UHGV virus genome: UHGV-0020019
Length of the DNA stretch: 64,000 bases
Direction: 5' to 3' (one strand)
DNA from: a virus
A program made the position numbers and the translations under genes. The notes under the pieces are model-generated. The model did no database searches, was not told the DNA's origin, and saw only the letters and a list, made by a program, of their open reading frames with translations. How positions within the stretch are numbered: the first letter of the stretch is position 1; each line of letters begins with the position of its first letter. Positions 20,301 to 33,200 of this stretch are shown one piece after another.

Positions 20301-21262
20301 TTAGATGATGTCCTATGAATCTCATTGATGTCTATCTTATACTTCTTATTAAGCATTTGAATTTCAGCCTTAATCTTCTGTTCAGGACTATTAGTATAGA
20401 TATTGTTTTTCAATTGAGCAACCTGATTAATAAGAGCATCCATATCTATACCTTGATATTTCTTGGCATCAGTAATAGCCCTCATTAATAATCTCTGTTG
20501 TGGAACAGTAAGATTTATAGCTCCATGATTAAAGTCATTAAGGGTCTGTGCTGCATTTTCAATAGAACCAAAGGTGTTGATAACCCTTTGAACATGTGGA
20601 GAATTAGGACTTAAGGAGAATAGAATCATAGCATCCTTCTTATAAAGGTTACTAATATCTACTCCTGCAAGGTTCTTAAGATATTGTGCTAAATCAGTAT
20701 TCATAGCATTGAATACACTTTGCAGTTCTTGTGGCATAGTAGTTATATCTACACCTACATTATTAAATACCTGCTTATAAATATCCCAAGTCTGAAGATT
20801 TTTCTTAACACTATCTCCATAGGTATGTGTCCTGGAGTTCTTCTCTGAAACAATGATGTTATAGATATCACCATGTTGTACTACAATTGAAGTAAGTCCT
20901 TTATGATTATCGTTGAAATCATCAGCTTTCCTTAAAGCATCTTCTGCATTTGAGAAATCTACTCTCTTACCATTGATATCTACTGCTCCTAACTGAAGTT
21001 CTGCTGTAGAAAGATTACCAATATCTTCCTGTATAGACTTGAAGTCAAGGAACTTCAATACATCTTCTGCATTATGCTGTCCCTGACTATTCCTTTCTAT
21101 ATTAGCTTGGTCCATCTTATCTGCCATATCAGATACAGTATAGGAGGCATAGAGCCAATTAGTAAGAGGTCTATTCTTTAGTTTCTCAAGCATCTTTTTA
21201 TACATCCTTGAAGGCTCCCCATTGGGAGCCTCAGGATATAAAATACATGAACTATTACTCAT
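17366..21262 (-). CDS. 1298-aa virion/ejected-cargo-like large protein
   Basis: Immediately downstream (3-nt gap) of the 4151-aa ORF on the same strand; long helical regions; no recognisable enzymatic motif. Confidence 0.6.
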   Translation of the reverse strand: MSNSSCILYPEAPNGEPSRMYKKMLEKLKNRPLTNWLYASYTVSDMADKMDQANIERNSQGQHNAEDVLKFLDFKSIQEDIGNLSTAELQLGAVDINGKRVDFSNAEDALRKADDFNDNHKGLTSIVVQHGDIYNIIVSEKNSRTHTYGDSVKKNLQTWDIYKQVFNNVGVDITTMPQELQSVFNAMNTDLAQYLKNLAGVDISNLYKKDAMILFSLSPNSPHVQRVINTFGSIENAAQTLNDFNHGAINLTVPQQRLLMRAITDAKKYQGIDMDALINQVAQLKNNIYTNSPEQKIKAEIQMLNKKYKIDINEIHRTSSKIRTLSDAAADAAITLQRQIRQLEKEKGNNTEGKRLEGVLNKLMKELSSKKYYSGVLNFLGEASSQIADIDTMLQGIPQTGTELEKAFGTAKILQDIKSLKEQYYPLVSALADENLTIDESIAKTDIDNIRQTAKDLKEFFDKKENMLDNLTESTMTNLMIEIVGNTTPDGQSMINAIRMATTDSTKFDWLYSIGRASNPIIGAMGSVIRNAQDSRDAAMNSISLRIRRATDKLHKAGHNSEFMYEDDGHIVSDIDWKLYKAARSAKIKSLYSQGFRGFDLKQAIEDWEDLNTEDRVVDNTNGKNGRTERVPNDSYRKRDNFQKDWTQEQIEYYDTMMQLKGEIGSLLPAYAQHQYLPPQIRRKFLDAMHDAKNFKDVAKAVRNKAENFYKIREDDENYNMNGIIDGDEYQITEGAFDNTPLRQIPIFFVNKVEEGELLKNFSTGIAALAGTAINYDSMSQIAQVVEFIGDFVKNQSARDKDPKGDVIQNKEIRVFKDLWKRGKNTNTTELIEGFIAQHIYGQNRDPNENKTWAKMFSNIIAYTSFKGLATNVKGAVANYLMGEFQMMIEAGAGEFYNFKDYAWAHTKLFGSAGVGGELAELLTNNVNHKSVLMRELFDPLQENFSEKSHTKYYKSMFRQLISHDCSFIGYSSGEYLIHYVNMYGVLHNQKVLLNGKKISLYDAFEIVNKQDGNSELHLKSGVTDLDGNAITDAFIDKVRKKLRYANQSTHGAMNEEDKGLLHQKWWGRGIMNFRQWMIEHYSRRFRKRHFDASLGEDREGYWYSLYKGLTNDDTKDTWNSGQKLDAIGLFMKDFYTFMFRSQAQWHNLDDMQKYNIKRVRAEMLMYICLLGLGFALGDPDKHKREFWRRWWIYQTKRAILDTEASMPHPKNISNWLTVLNSPMASLNTMNSLLYTFYGLTNGDIVTDIKSGDHKGENKYWRNMVKYNMPFFKDWEQMQRMDEDDAIFKIFEASPSNR

Positions 21263-21265
21263 ACA

Positions 21266-24200
21266 CTAACAATATTTTTTAAACTCATTAATTGCTTCAT
21301 CAATACTTAAATCTAATCCTTTCTGTTTAAATACATTCTGTAAAAACTTACCAAAGACCTTTTCTCTACCTTTAATACTCTCAGCCTTCTGTAAAGCTTC
21401 CTCCTTACTTAATGTAGAAACCTGTTTCATAATCAAGTCTGCAAATGCTGCAAGATTCTTGATCTCTTCAGTCTTTGTAATAACCTGGCTATTAGAAGTG
21501 CCTTTTACATTAGACTCTTGAGGACTTTCTGTCTTCAAGTCAGAAGCAGAGTTATCTTCAGTAGTCTTGGTAGTATCACTCAATGGGTCTTTGATATCTA
21601 AAGTACTCATCTCTAAGTATTCACCATTGTTACCAAGAGGTTTAATTAACTCAAAAACAAGTTCTTCACCTTTATCAGAAGTAAGATGCCAAAGATAAGT
21701 ATTGTTATTCACCTTAGTCTTCATATAGGAAATACCTGCAAGATCAGCAATATCCTCAGGTCTATAGACAGTCAATCTATTATGCTTAACATCTACATTA
21801 TAGTGAGTATCCTTGCCTCCCTTTCTTGGAACTAGCTTGTTGTTTTCCCAGTTATTTCTAATAAACTGATCAATCACCAAGTCAGGAATTACCTCAGGGA
21901 AGTTCCTATATGTATCAACATAGGTGGCATTACCATTCTTACTCTTCAGCTTTTCCTTTACATAGGTAGGTACCAAAGACATGAAAGTCTTAGGAGAAAA
22001 TCCAATACCAGCTCTAAAGAAACTGTAGTTAAACAGCATCTGAGAAAGCTCTGGGTCTTCTTTATGCAAGTCAATCCAAGCACTGCGAAGTTCTTCCTTT
22101 TTCTGTTCATCCATACCAGTGATATTAATCATAAGATATGGTCTTCCAGTCTTCTTGGAAACATTCATTCTAATAGCTTGAATCAAGGCATTATCTGAAT
22201 ACTTTTCCTTGAACTTCTGTTCCATAAACCACTTAGGAAATTCTGTAGCATAACTTTTAAGATGCTTAGGATTAATCAGACCTGACTGTATCAACAGATA
22301 AGACTGATAGAAGTTAGAGAACTGATCCAAAAGTTTCTTGTCATTATACATCTTATCAGCAATATCAGCAGGAAGATTAGCCAATAGCTTTCTGAAACCA
22401 TTGCTACCAGTAGGCATATCAGAGAAAATAGCCTTTGCAATATCCACAGTTCTTGCAAACTGTTTCAATACTGGATGGTCAAAGAAGATGTCATCAATAT
22501 CAACAGGCATACTATCAACAGTGTAGAAATGAGTACCATTCTCTGTGTTAACATCAATGAACTGAGACATTTTATGCTCAATGATAAGATTATCTACAAT
22601 GAGTGGACCAACAGCACTTGATATAGAATTGAATCTTGTAGCATAAGTAGGCTTACGCATAGCATCAGTAAGACTTCTCATTTTCTGGAAAGCAAGAAGT
22701 ACTTTGTAATCAGTAGCTTCATGTTCCTCGGAAGTAAGACCTTCAACCAGTTCCTCTGTAGTAAGTTCCTCGGTATTAATCAAAGAATCATCATTGATGT
22801 TATTCTTTTCTCTATACTCAGTCAGCCATTTCTCAATGATGTTGGACAAAGATTCATAATTGGTAAGATTCTCTCTATTGAACTTGTTGAGGGTTCTTTC
22901 TATAATATCCTGGGAAAGGAAGAGAGCTGCATCCTCAAATGTCATACCCAATCTAAGCATAGTATTCAGCATACCAGCTGTAGTCATGTTAATATTCATC
23001 AAGTTCAAGATTGGATCTTTTACAGCATCTGCTGAAGCTGATACCAAAGAACCTAAAGTCTTACCAATAAGGTTACCATCTCTATCATACTTCATATCAA
23101 CCTGCATTCTTTCACCAAAGGTAGTACCTGCAATAGTGAAGGGATTTTCTCCACAGATTTCAGATACATCAAGAAAGATGTCATTACTCTCAAGAGTAGC
23201 ATGAGCTACCTTATTTACAGCAAACACACCAATCAATGATGCAGCAGCACTATTCTGCTTATAGAACTGTACCTGAGTATCAGCAAAGGTAAGGTCTTTA
23301 TCTGTATAAGAAAGGTCTTTGAGTTCATCAATAGACATTTTCTGAAGGTCAGACCACTTAATACCCTTGTTAGCAGGATTCTTATAGGCAGCAACCATAT
23401 AACCCATTTTCTTAGGAGCATCAAATCCTCCAGGATTAAGAATCTTATCAGCAGTCATCTGATTAGTGAGTACTGCATAAGTCATATCGATAATCTTGTT
23501 ATCTCTGTATGTTCTACCAGAAGTAGGAGCATCAGTATAATAAGCAACCTGTTGATATTTACCATAAAGCCACTGCATGAATTTATCAGCAGACTTCATC
23601 TTCTGAGGATTGTCGAGGAACATTCTTACCTGTTCACCAACCCAAGTATTGTTGGTCTTACCATCATGTGCCTTCTTATAGCTTTCAGTTGTTATGTTAA
23701 ATAGCTCCTTTTCAATCTCATTTTTCTTTCTTGTCTTGATAGGAATATCCTTACGCATGACATATCTCTTATCAACATCAAAGTCAGAGTCATCAATCTC
23801 AGTAAGCTCATAAGGAAGCATGATAGCATCACCAGCTTCTCTAGGCATGAAACCTACAACCTTCATTGGAGCACAAGAGTACTTATCCTCTGTAGGAATA
23901 CGGTAACTTACCATTTTAAGAAGCTCTGGATCCACAGCATTGATAGCATCTACATTAATAGTACCATCAGCATTGGAGAATTTATCAAAGAGTTCATTAG
24001 ACCAGATAGGAGCAAAGACTTCAAAGTAAGCAATACCACCTTGATTTCTCTTGAGATACTCCTTATAGGAAAGATTATCATGCTCAGAAGCATTATACTC
24101 TTCCTCAAGAGGCATAAGATTACCTTGCTTGTCATTAAATCTGATATGCAACTGAGTAGACATACCAAAGTTAGATACCTGAACAATAGGACCACCAGCA

Positions 24201-27200
24201 ATCTTCTGCTTATTTACTCTGTTCTTAATGATAGAGTTGATAAGCTGTTCAATTCTCTTAGCCTGTATTGGGTCACCTTTTGGTATTCTAAATTCACCAG
24301 TCTCCTTATCAATAGAACAAGCCTGCAAGAGGTCTATTCCATATCTAGGAGAAGACATGATTTCTCTCTGAAGAATCTTGGAAAGAGCAATATTCTGTTC
24401 CTTCTTATCTTCACTGTTGAAGTGCAACTCTGCTGCAAGATTATTAATACTTTCCTCAATGTTGGCAGCAATAGTCTTCTCATACTCTTTTCTAAATTCA
24501 TCAGCCTTTACCTTTCTGTGAGTACCATCAGGTTCTGTCCACTCATAGTAGTTATCTACTTGATTACCATTCTCGTCAGTAGTATAAAGGTCAAGGTCAG
24601 AAGGAGTAATCATTCTAATCTGAGAACCATGAGCCTGAGAATGCTCCTTAAAATGCTCAGGAACTTCTTGCTGCAAGCAGTAGTCTTCATAGGAAGCCTC
24701 ATGTACAAAGGTCTCAGTATTATAGTTCCTATAAACTCTTTCACCTGTAGCATCAGTCTCTTCCTTGAAGATTTGATTCTTCATATAGGTATAGGCAGCT
24801 TCCTCACCACCTTCCATATCTCTGAACTGGAAGATATTCATCTTACCTTGAAGACCAGACTTAATGGCAGATTCAAACTGAACAGTATCAATGCCCTTGG
24901 TAGGATTCAACTTCTCTGAATCTTCCATTACTCTATAGACAGCTCTAAGGAGATTTGGTCTGGAGAGCTTTTCACCTTTAAGGATAGCATCAGCCATAAT
25001 GAGAAGATACTCTGCATTCTTAGCCTGGAAAGGTACTTCCATAGAATGAATAGGAGCATTAGCTACACCCATATCCTTTGTAAGCTTTGAATACACAAAT
25101 GGCTTCAATGGCTGGAATGCTGTCTCCAAGTCAGTATAGTTGTACTCACCTTTCTGTAACTTCTGATAAATATCTTCTGCTTGCTTAGACCATCTACCAA
25201 AGATAAATGCTTTCTTTCTGTAAGATGAAGGAGATGAATATCCCTGAGCATCAGTAACATTAATCTTAGTATACTTACCATCCTTGCCTACAAGAGATTC
25301 CTTAAGAGCCATCATCTGAGCTTTCTGATTCTCTGGAGCAGCAGCAATTCTTCTATCAAAGACCTCTGCAATATTGGCAATGATGTTAGACTTGAAGCTG
25401 TCAAAGTCCTGTAAGATGAATGTTCTATACTTACCATCAGATACTCTGTTACCATTATAATCGGTAGCATAAATGTTACCTCTTACACCTGGAGCATGAA
25501 GCTGTGCTAAACGCTTCTGCAAGTCCTCAGTATCCTTATAGAAAGCAATATCTGTAAGAGTCAGCTGTAAGATATTCTTAGAAGCAAAAGCATCATTCCA
25601 AAGATAATTCTCTACCTGCTTTCTTACCCAGTCAGTAGCTTCCTCATCTTTCAACTCAGAAGGGTAGATACCCTTGATACTCTTAGCTGCTTCCAAAATA
25701 CCATTGTTCTCCCAGTTGTTGAGGATAGACTGAACTCTATCTTCCATGTGCTGACGGATAACTTTATCAGCAAGTTTACCAAGCTCTGCTTCTTCCTCAG
25801 CAGTAAGAGCTACTTCTCCATCTACTTTCTTCTGAAGGAGAGATGCTAATCTATTATTATCAGAAGAGATAGTATTATCTTCATTACGAAGAATATCTCT
25901 CTTGGCAATCTTGTCAGCAGTATTCTCCAGATAGTTATTCAATACAGGAAGGAAGTTAAACCTACGTCCATTGGTATCAAAGTTCTTGATGAAACCTGCA
26001 TCTTTTTTATCCATATTTCTCATTCTGACAGTCTGGATTCTGCTAAGTTCCTGCAAGAACATATTATGAAGACCATAGACAATGGAATCCTTATAGTTTG
26101 CACCTCTATAAGAATAGAACTTGATGAACTCAGATGATGGTTTGTTAGACTGCATAGGTATTCTGAACCAAGCTGGAACCATATTGGTATTATTATCAGT
26201 ACTCTCTGCAAAGTACTCAGTGATAAGGGATAAGGTATATTCTGCATCACTCATATTACGCATATAGTTATGCTTGTTGAAGTTCAACTCTACCTTATGA
26301 TCAAATACCTTACGAGCATTTTCATCCTTAGCAAGTATTCTAAGCCACTCATTTCTCCATCCTTTATCTACATCACCATTTTGGAACTTAAACCATTCTG
26401 AAGAACCATATTCATCCATAATGAAGTCTTCAAATGCCTGACCTTCCTGACGGAATTTATTCATCAGTTTAGTCATAAATGATGGTGTAATATAAGACTG
26501 ATACATCTTGCCACTGTCATAGAATGCATTGACAGCAGTATCTTCCAACTTGTCAGTAATAGGAGTAAGAAGATTCCTCAAACTACCACCAATAGAGTTC
26601 TCTGTTCCAAACTTAAATGGGTCATACTCCTTGAGAGTTCCCTTATTCTGAGACTGTAAAGCCTTATCCAAGTCCTTGACAATATAACCAAGAGATTCTG
26701 TAATCTTCTTAATGTTTTCTGCATTGACTACATCAGTAAGCATTTCCTCTGTGATGTTATAGCCAAAGCTCTTACTGATACCTAAAATGTTATCAGTAGC
26801 AGTCTTTGACATAGTATCATCCAAAGTCTTTCCTTCCTTAATAGCCTTGTCAATCTCTCTCAACTCAGTCAGAGCCTTATGAAGATTGAACTCAGAGTTC
26901 TTTCCTGTAGTCTGGTCAGAACCAAGAAGCTTAGAGTTAATCTTACCATTATTACCAAAGAGAGGATGTTCTCCAATCTTGAATAGGGCAGAGATGGACT
27001 TCATTGCTTCTGAGAGTGCAGGATGACTATTTACAGTCATGCTATAATACTTATCATCTTCAAGCAATACAATAGAATAGAGCTGGAAATGCTTAGAAAA
27101 TACTCCATAGAACTGGCTTTGGAAATCAGTCTCCTTACCACTCTTATCAGAAAGTCTTTCAATAAGCTGGGATAACCAAGGGTTCTGCTTCTGCTTATCA

Positions 27201-30200
27201 GACAATCTCTTAATCATATCATCAAGAGATAATGCTCCCTGTGTCCATCTCAAGATACTATTGACAGACTCTCTAGGATTTACCCTTTCTGCAATTCCCC
27301 ACTTACTATATACCTTGTTACCTTCTGCATCCAGGAGATAGCATTGATGAAGACCTAATCTTACCAAGGCAGACATAGAGTTAAGAACATCAATGGTTCT
27401 AGATTCAACCTGCCAATGTTCCTGCTCATCCTTTTCTCCTTCTTCTGCTGCTATATCCTGATCATTGGAATAGTCATTGAAGTTATCAAAATCTACCTTA
27501 GAGTCTTCTGTGGTAGTAAAGTTACCTCTGCTATAGTCCTTGGTAATACCAAAGCCTTCATTCATAGCAAAGATGTCTGCTGCCAGATACATAATAGCAT
27601 CCCAGTTGTCTGTAATCAGCTGAGCCTGCATCATGGTATCTGTATCCTCATAATCCATTACCTGAGGTGAGAACAGAGTTTTGGTTCTCTCAATAAGTCT
27701 ATCCAAACCTACAGTTTCTACAATCTGCTTTCTAGATGCAGACTGAAAGTCTAGGTCTGTATTGAGGGAAGGGAATAGAGTCTTTGCAAGACCTTCTTCC
27801 TTCTGAAGATTAGTAATCTCATCAGAGATAGAGTTAACTATCAGTTCTGCTGTATGACGAACTTCTGTAGCAGACAGAGAAGCACCAAGTTCCTCTAAGT
27901 CCTTGTCACCATTAAGCAGGTTGTCAATCTGCTTATTAAGCTTATCATACTCACTTAGATTAGTCTCAACTTCTTTCTTCTGAGAATCCTTAGATTCCTG
28001 AAGATACTCTTTCTCACTTGTTGCTTGAAGCACTGTGTCCATTTGATTGATAATGTTTTGATTTTCCTCAAATGAGTTCTCCATAGATAACTGTGCATCC
28101 AATTCCTTTAAATAAGGTATCTTCCAGGTAGCATCTACTGGTGTCTCATCATAGAGGTCATTAAAGTATTCATAACCTGGAAGAGAAACTTTCTGTGTTT
28201 GTTCTTCTGGGAAAGAAGGATTAGTTACTTCTGTTTCAGTTCCTTTATTATCATCAAAGACTATAACATCAGGATTCTTCACTATATATTCTGTGTTATC
28301 TGCCCACATAGTTCCCTTGTCAAGCACAATAACATCAGCTGTAGTGTTTCTTCCATTTTTTACATAGTCTCTAATATCTTTGTAGTGTTCTACTTTTGCA
28401 GTAGAAAGAATATGGAATTTGCTAACTTTAGCATAATCCCCAGTATAGTGTCTATTGATTCTATTGCCTTCTGGATGCTCTGCTGTAGGAGGTTCAGGAG
28501 ATTTATCTGTTCTACTCTTAGCATAATCAGTAGCCTCTTCTTCACTTGATGTAAAGTAGAGTGCTCCCTTAAGAGTTTCATCATAATCTACTGCTGTCTT
28601 TCCTACAGTTTCACCAAGAGTTTTAGCTTCTCTATCTTCCATTAAGGCATATCCTCGATAGATAGTAAGTGGTGATTTACCATCTTCTGAGTATAAACCA
28701 TCTACTTCCTTAGATAACTGACTTAACTGATACTGTTGAGCAGCATCATAAGAGTCTTTATCAAAATGCTTAGGCTCTGCTACTTCATGGTCAACCATAA
28801 ATACAACTTGAGGATTACCATGATTCTTTGCAATATTATCATGGTCATACTCCATATTGTAATCCATAGTTGCAGCAGTATGGAAACCTAAAGTCTTCTT
28901 ATAGATAGCCTGTAATGGCTGCTTTGCACTCATGTAGGCATCAAGATGGGTAGCACCTTCTTCCTTAACCATATCTTTAATAGCATAAAGGAAACCTTTA
29001 TTAGTACTAGGGCTAAGAGAGAATACACTTATCAAATTGCCATCAGGTTCTATAGCAAATCCACATAAACCATCTTCTGTAATAAAGCATTTTGCATTAG
29101 AATAATTATCATGTAAATCTACTAATTCTCCATTAGGAAGATAGATTCTTACCATCTCAAATATATCATGGAATAATTTTCCATCTACTCTTCCTACATT
29201 AAAAGTGCCTACACTATTATCTTTGTTTGTATGGGTTAAATGAGATTGGACGCCATGCCAGCTACCATTGCTGTTGGCTCCCAAGAGTCCTCCCAGAATC
29301 CCTCCGATTCTTTCTTTATCCTCGTCATTAAGTTCCCTTTCTCTGAGCTGAAAGCTGGATACTCCTTTTTCAGAAAATTTACGGCTTCCTTCTTGAACTC
29401 TTCTAAACTCATCTGTTGTTTTGTATTCTTCTGTTCCATTTTCTTTTGAATTTTTATTTTCAGAACGTGAATTACTTGAACTTATTGTATTATCTTTGAT
29501 ATTTTTATCAAGATGTAAAGGAGAGCCTTCTTTCTTGACATTGTTACTAATAATGGTAACAGTATCTGTAGCTCTTGATACACCAACATATTCAAGCTGC
29601 TGCTTGATATTAGCTACTTGATCAGGTTGAGTATTCTTTACTTCTACATCTACATCACTAAGGTCTCCTAAATCAACTTCTTCAGAACTCTTTAACTCTG
29701 CATTGGCTGCATCATTTCTAGTCTCTTCTCCAAGGTCAACCATCTCCATAGCATTAGCAGCATTGTTGTCACTCATAGAAGCCCTAGATACATCTACATC
29801 ATCCATCAGTACATGGGTAAAAGTAGAACCTTGTGACTTATGAATGGTAAGAGCATAGCCAAAGTCAATAGTCTTAGCCTGTAAAAGGTTATGGCTATTA
29901 TCTTCAATGTTATCATTGACAAAGAGGAAAGAATCAATAGCATTAATCTTAGCATAGACTGCTGCCTTAGCTTCTCTACCATAAGCTCTTCTAGCTTCAT
30001 TCCATAATCTCTTCTTCTCATTGGCAAGAATCATGGCACTCTGTCTATTCTGGGCATTGTTCTTAATGTCCATGAAGTTGAATGTATCTATATTACCTAA
30101 TGAGTCTTCAAGAGTAATAGGAACAGCCTGCATCACTACAGGAGTACCATTATCTAATCTGGTCTGTACTGTAGTAGGTCTGCCTACCTGAGTTACTTTG

Positions 30201-33200
30201 TATGATTCAGAATTAATGAATCTATAACTCTTAGTTCTCCATTCATATCCCCAGTTAGCATAACCTGTCATAGGCTCACCTACATGTGGAATAGGAGAGT
30301 CATAACCCAAAAGTTCTCTTACCTGATTATTGTAAGCAGTTACAGCCTTGTTGGTATAAGCTAGGATTCTAAAGTAATTAGGATTCTGCTTCAAGCCTTT
30401 AACATACTTATCAATAACTTCATTGATAGCATCTTGATGCTGAGGAGCAATATATGCAACACCCTCACCTTTACTATTGAATGATGATATCCTAGACAAA
30501 GGTTCTCCATTACGGATAGCTGTAGCTTCCTTAAGGATAGCATTGTCATCTGTTCTCTCTACTTGGGTAAGACGGATGACTTTACCTTCACCATTTCTAA
30601 AGACCTTAGAGATTTTATCCTCATTGACAGGAGCCAGCTGAGCTTCATCACCTACATAGATAATCTTAAGATCCATTTTCTTGGCAATATCATTAAGGAT
30701 TTTATAATTCTCCTCATTGATCATAGAAGCTTCATCGATAATAATGGTAGTTCCTGGCATGATGTCTACATCCTTCAAGACATTTACCAAGTTTCTAGCA
30801 TTATAAGATTTGCTTGAATCTACTTCTACATTGATACCAAACACCTTATTTAATGTAGATGCCTTGAAGCCAGCCTTAGATACTCTGTCATTAAGTACTG
30901 CTGCTGCCTTATTGGTTGTAGCACAGAACATCACAGGTCTATTCTGCTTCTGTCCTTTCTTAGCAATCATCTCCATAAGAGAAGTCTTACCAGTACCGGC
31001 ATAGCCACTAAGAGTCATAGATGTCTCATTGGACTTCATGAATCTATCCATCTCATTGAGAGCATCTATCTGCTGAGCATTTGGCTTGAATGGAGCTTTG
31101 ACAGTAGTACCATCTGCAAATGTAAAGTCTTGAGGCACAGCTTTTCCACTGTGTTTATTATCTTCTGGTACATTGTTTACCAAATCATAATCAGCACTTT
31201 CCTGCTCAATAAGAGACAGCTCATCCTTAAGTTCCTTGCCAGATATAGTACTAACAAACTCACCTGTCTTTGCATAATCTGCAATGTTGTTGTTTGTCTT
31301 AGAGAATGTTCCTATATTATCTGTTGCTGACTTAATCTGATTAGGATTATGAACAACATATATAGTTTGATTCTCTTTCTTATTATCATCAAAACCAGTA
31401 AGGACTATACCATTTTCAGAACCCTTTCTTTTAGATGACTTATTTACTATCTCTCTATAAGAAGTTCCTTGCTTGTGCAAGTCTTCCTTAGTACCATGAA
31501 ACACTTCTAAGTTTTTTATGTTCAAGAACAATGATAACTTGGCTTTTCTACTAGTTAAGAAATTATCCTCACTACCAGGCACAACATTATCTGTGGTAAA
31601 GAATATGGCGTTCTTAGTACCACCTGTCTTTGAGAAGAAATTATCGAACTCTGTGCTAAACTCAGACAGATTTTCATTATCAGTATAATGATAGACAACC
31701 AAAGGTTCTCCATTTTCATCTACTACTTTAGAAACATCTGAAGAATATGCTGGAGTGTAATTAGCCTCAATATCTGATGATTTAATATTACCACTTAATT
31801 TAGCTGTATCTTTAATAACAGATATTTGAGAATCATTAGAATCCCCATAATTTTTCAACAAAGAGTCTTCTGTAATTTCAATTAATCTAGGAGAATACTC
31901 TTTTGTAATGACAGCTTCCTTATATTCTTTATTACCTACATTGAATGTATTTCCATTGGTAGAAATAAATTCAGTTTGAGGCATATCATATATATAAGGT
32001 TTACCATCAATACTCAATGCTGCTACATAGTGAGTTATGATTTTTCCTGTAACAGGACTTTTGGCATTTATTATATTAGTATGGGCTTCAATCCCATATC
32101 TATCCTTTAAGAATGCTTGTATTCTTTGTGCTGTATATTGACATATTCCATTTAAAGGATTTGACCTGTTAACTAAAGTTCCTACTTTTATAACATTAGA
32201 TACGCCTATACTATTAAAACCAAATGGATCTTCTTTTGTAGTTTCTTTTCTTTCTACTGGATGAGACAATATTTCATTAGAAGTAGAATAGGTATTTCCC
32301 AAAGGATCTTTTTTAAGTATATCTACATACTCTCCTGTTCTTTCCCAAGTAGATAAGCCATATTGTCTAGGAGGTGTATATTCCTTTTCCCAATCACCAA
32401 ACCACTCTTTAAAGGCTTTAGTTCTAACTTGAAGCCACTGTCTTTCACTAAGATTAGAGTTCTTACCATTAGGTGCCTTCATAAAGGTACCGTTAGCAAT
32501 AGCTTTGCTCTTTAAAGCTTGTAACTCTTCATTGTACACCTCTCTATTAAAGTCATGAACAATTTCCTTCTTTAGTTCATCATCAGACAGTGTTCTGAAA
32601 TCCCATTCCTTCTCATTATACTCCTTTCTCAAAGGATTCTTGATACCATTATATCTCATATAGGTATCAATATCAAAGGCATCAAGAGCTTTCTCCAAGG
32701 CATTCATTGACCTCTGATAGTATGTATTGGAGGTATGAAGACTAAGAAGAGTCTTGAAGGCATCAAGTACTCTAGACCAGAAAGACTTCTTATCCTTATT
32801 CTGCTTGTCAATCTCTTGAATCTTACTTCTAAAGACAGGATTACCAAGTTCTGCAACAAATTCAAAGACATCAACAATGCCTCTTTCACCCTTTAAGATA
32901 GGATTGGTCTTGAGGTCTTGGTAGAGAGAATTAACTTCTGTACGGAACTCCTGCAAAGCTTCAGGTCTCTTCCAATTCTCAGTCTGATTGGAGAGAGCAT
33001 ACATAGAGATAGAATGAAGTACTTCATGAAGAATGATAGAAGCCTTCATATTGTTCATTATATCTCTTTCAAGGAAAGACTTCTTATAGATGATAGTATT
33101 GCTATTGGTGTATCTACCAATAGTTCCAAAAGGAAGAGATTCATTAAAAGATACCTCAATACCTAAGTCCTTAGCAATGCTAAAGACTTTATCAGCCAAT

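Noticed and set aside
24041-24919. 292-aa plus-strand ORF, and the many other 60-120-aa plus ORFs between 17.4 and 33.7 kb
   Set aside because: All lie inside the continuous giant minus-strand ORFs; low-complexity L/I/S/F-rich antisense translations.
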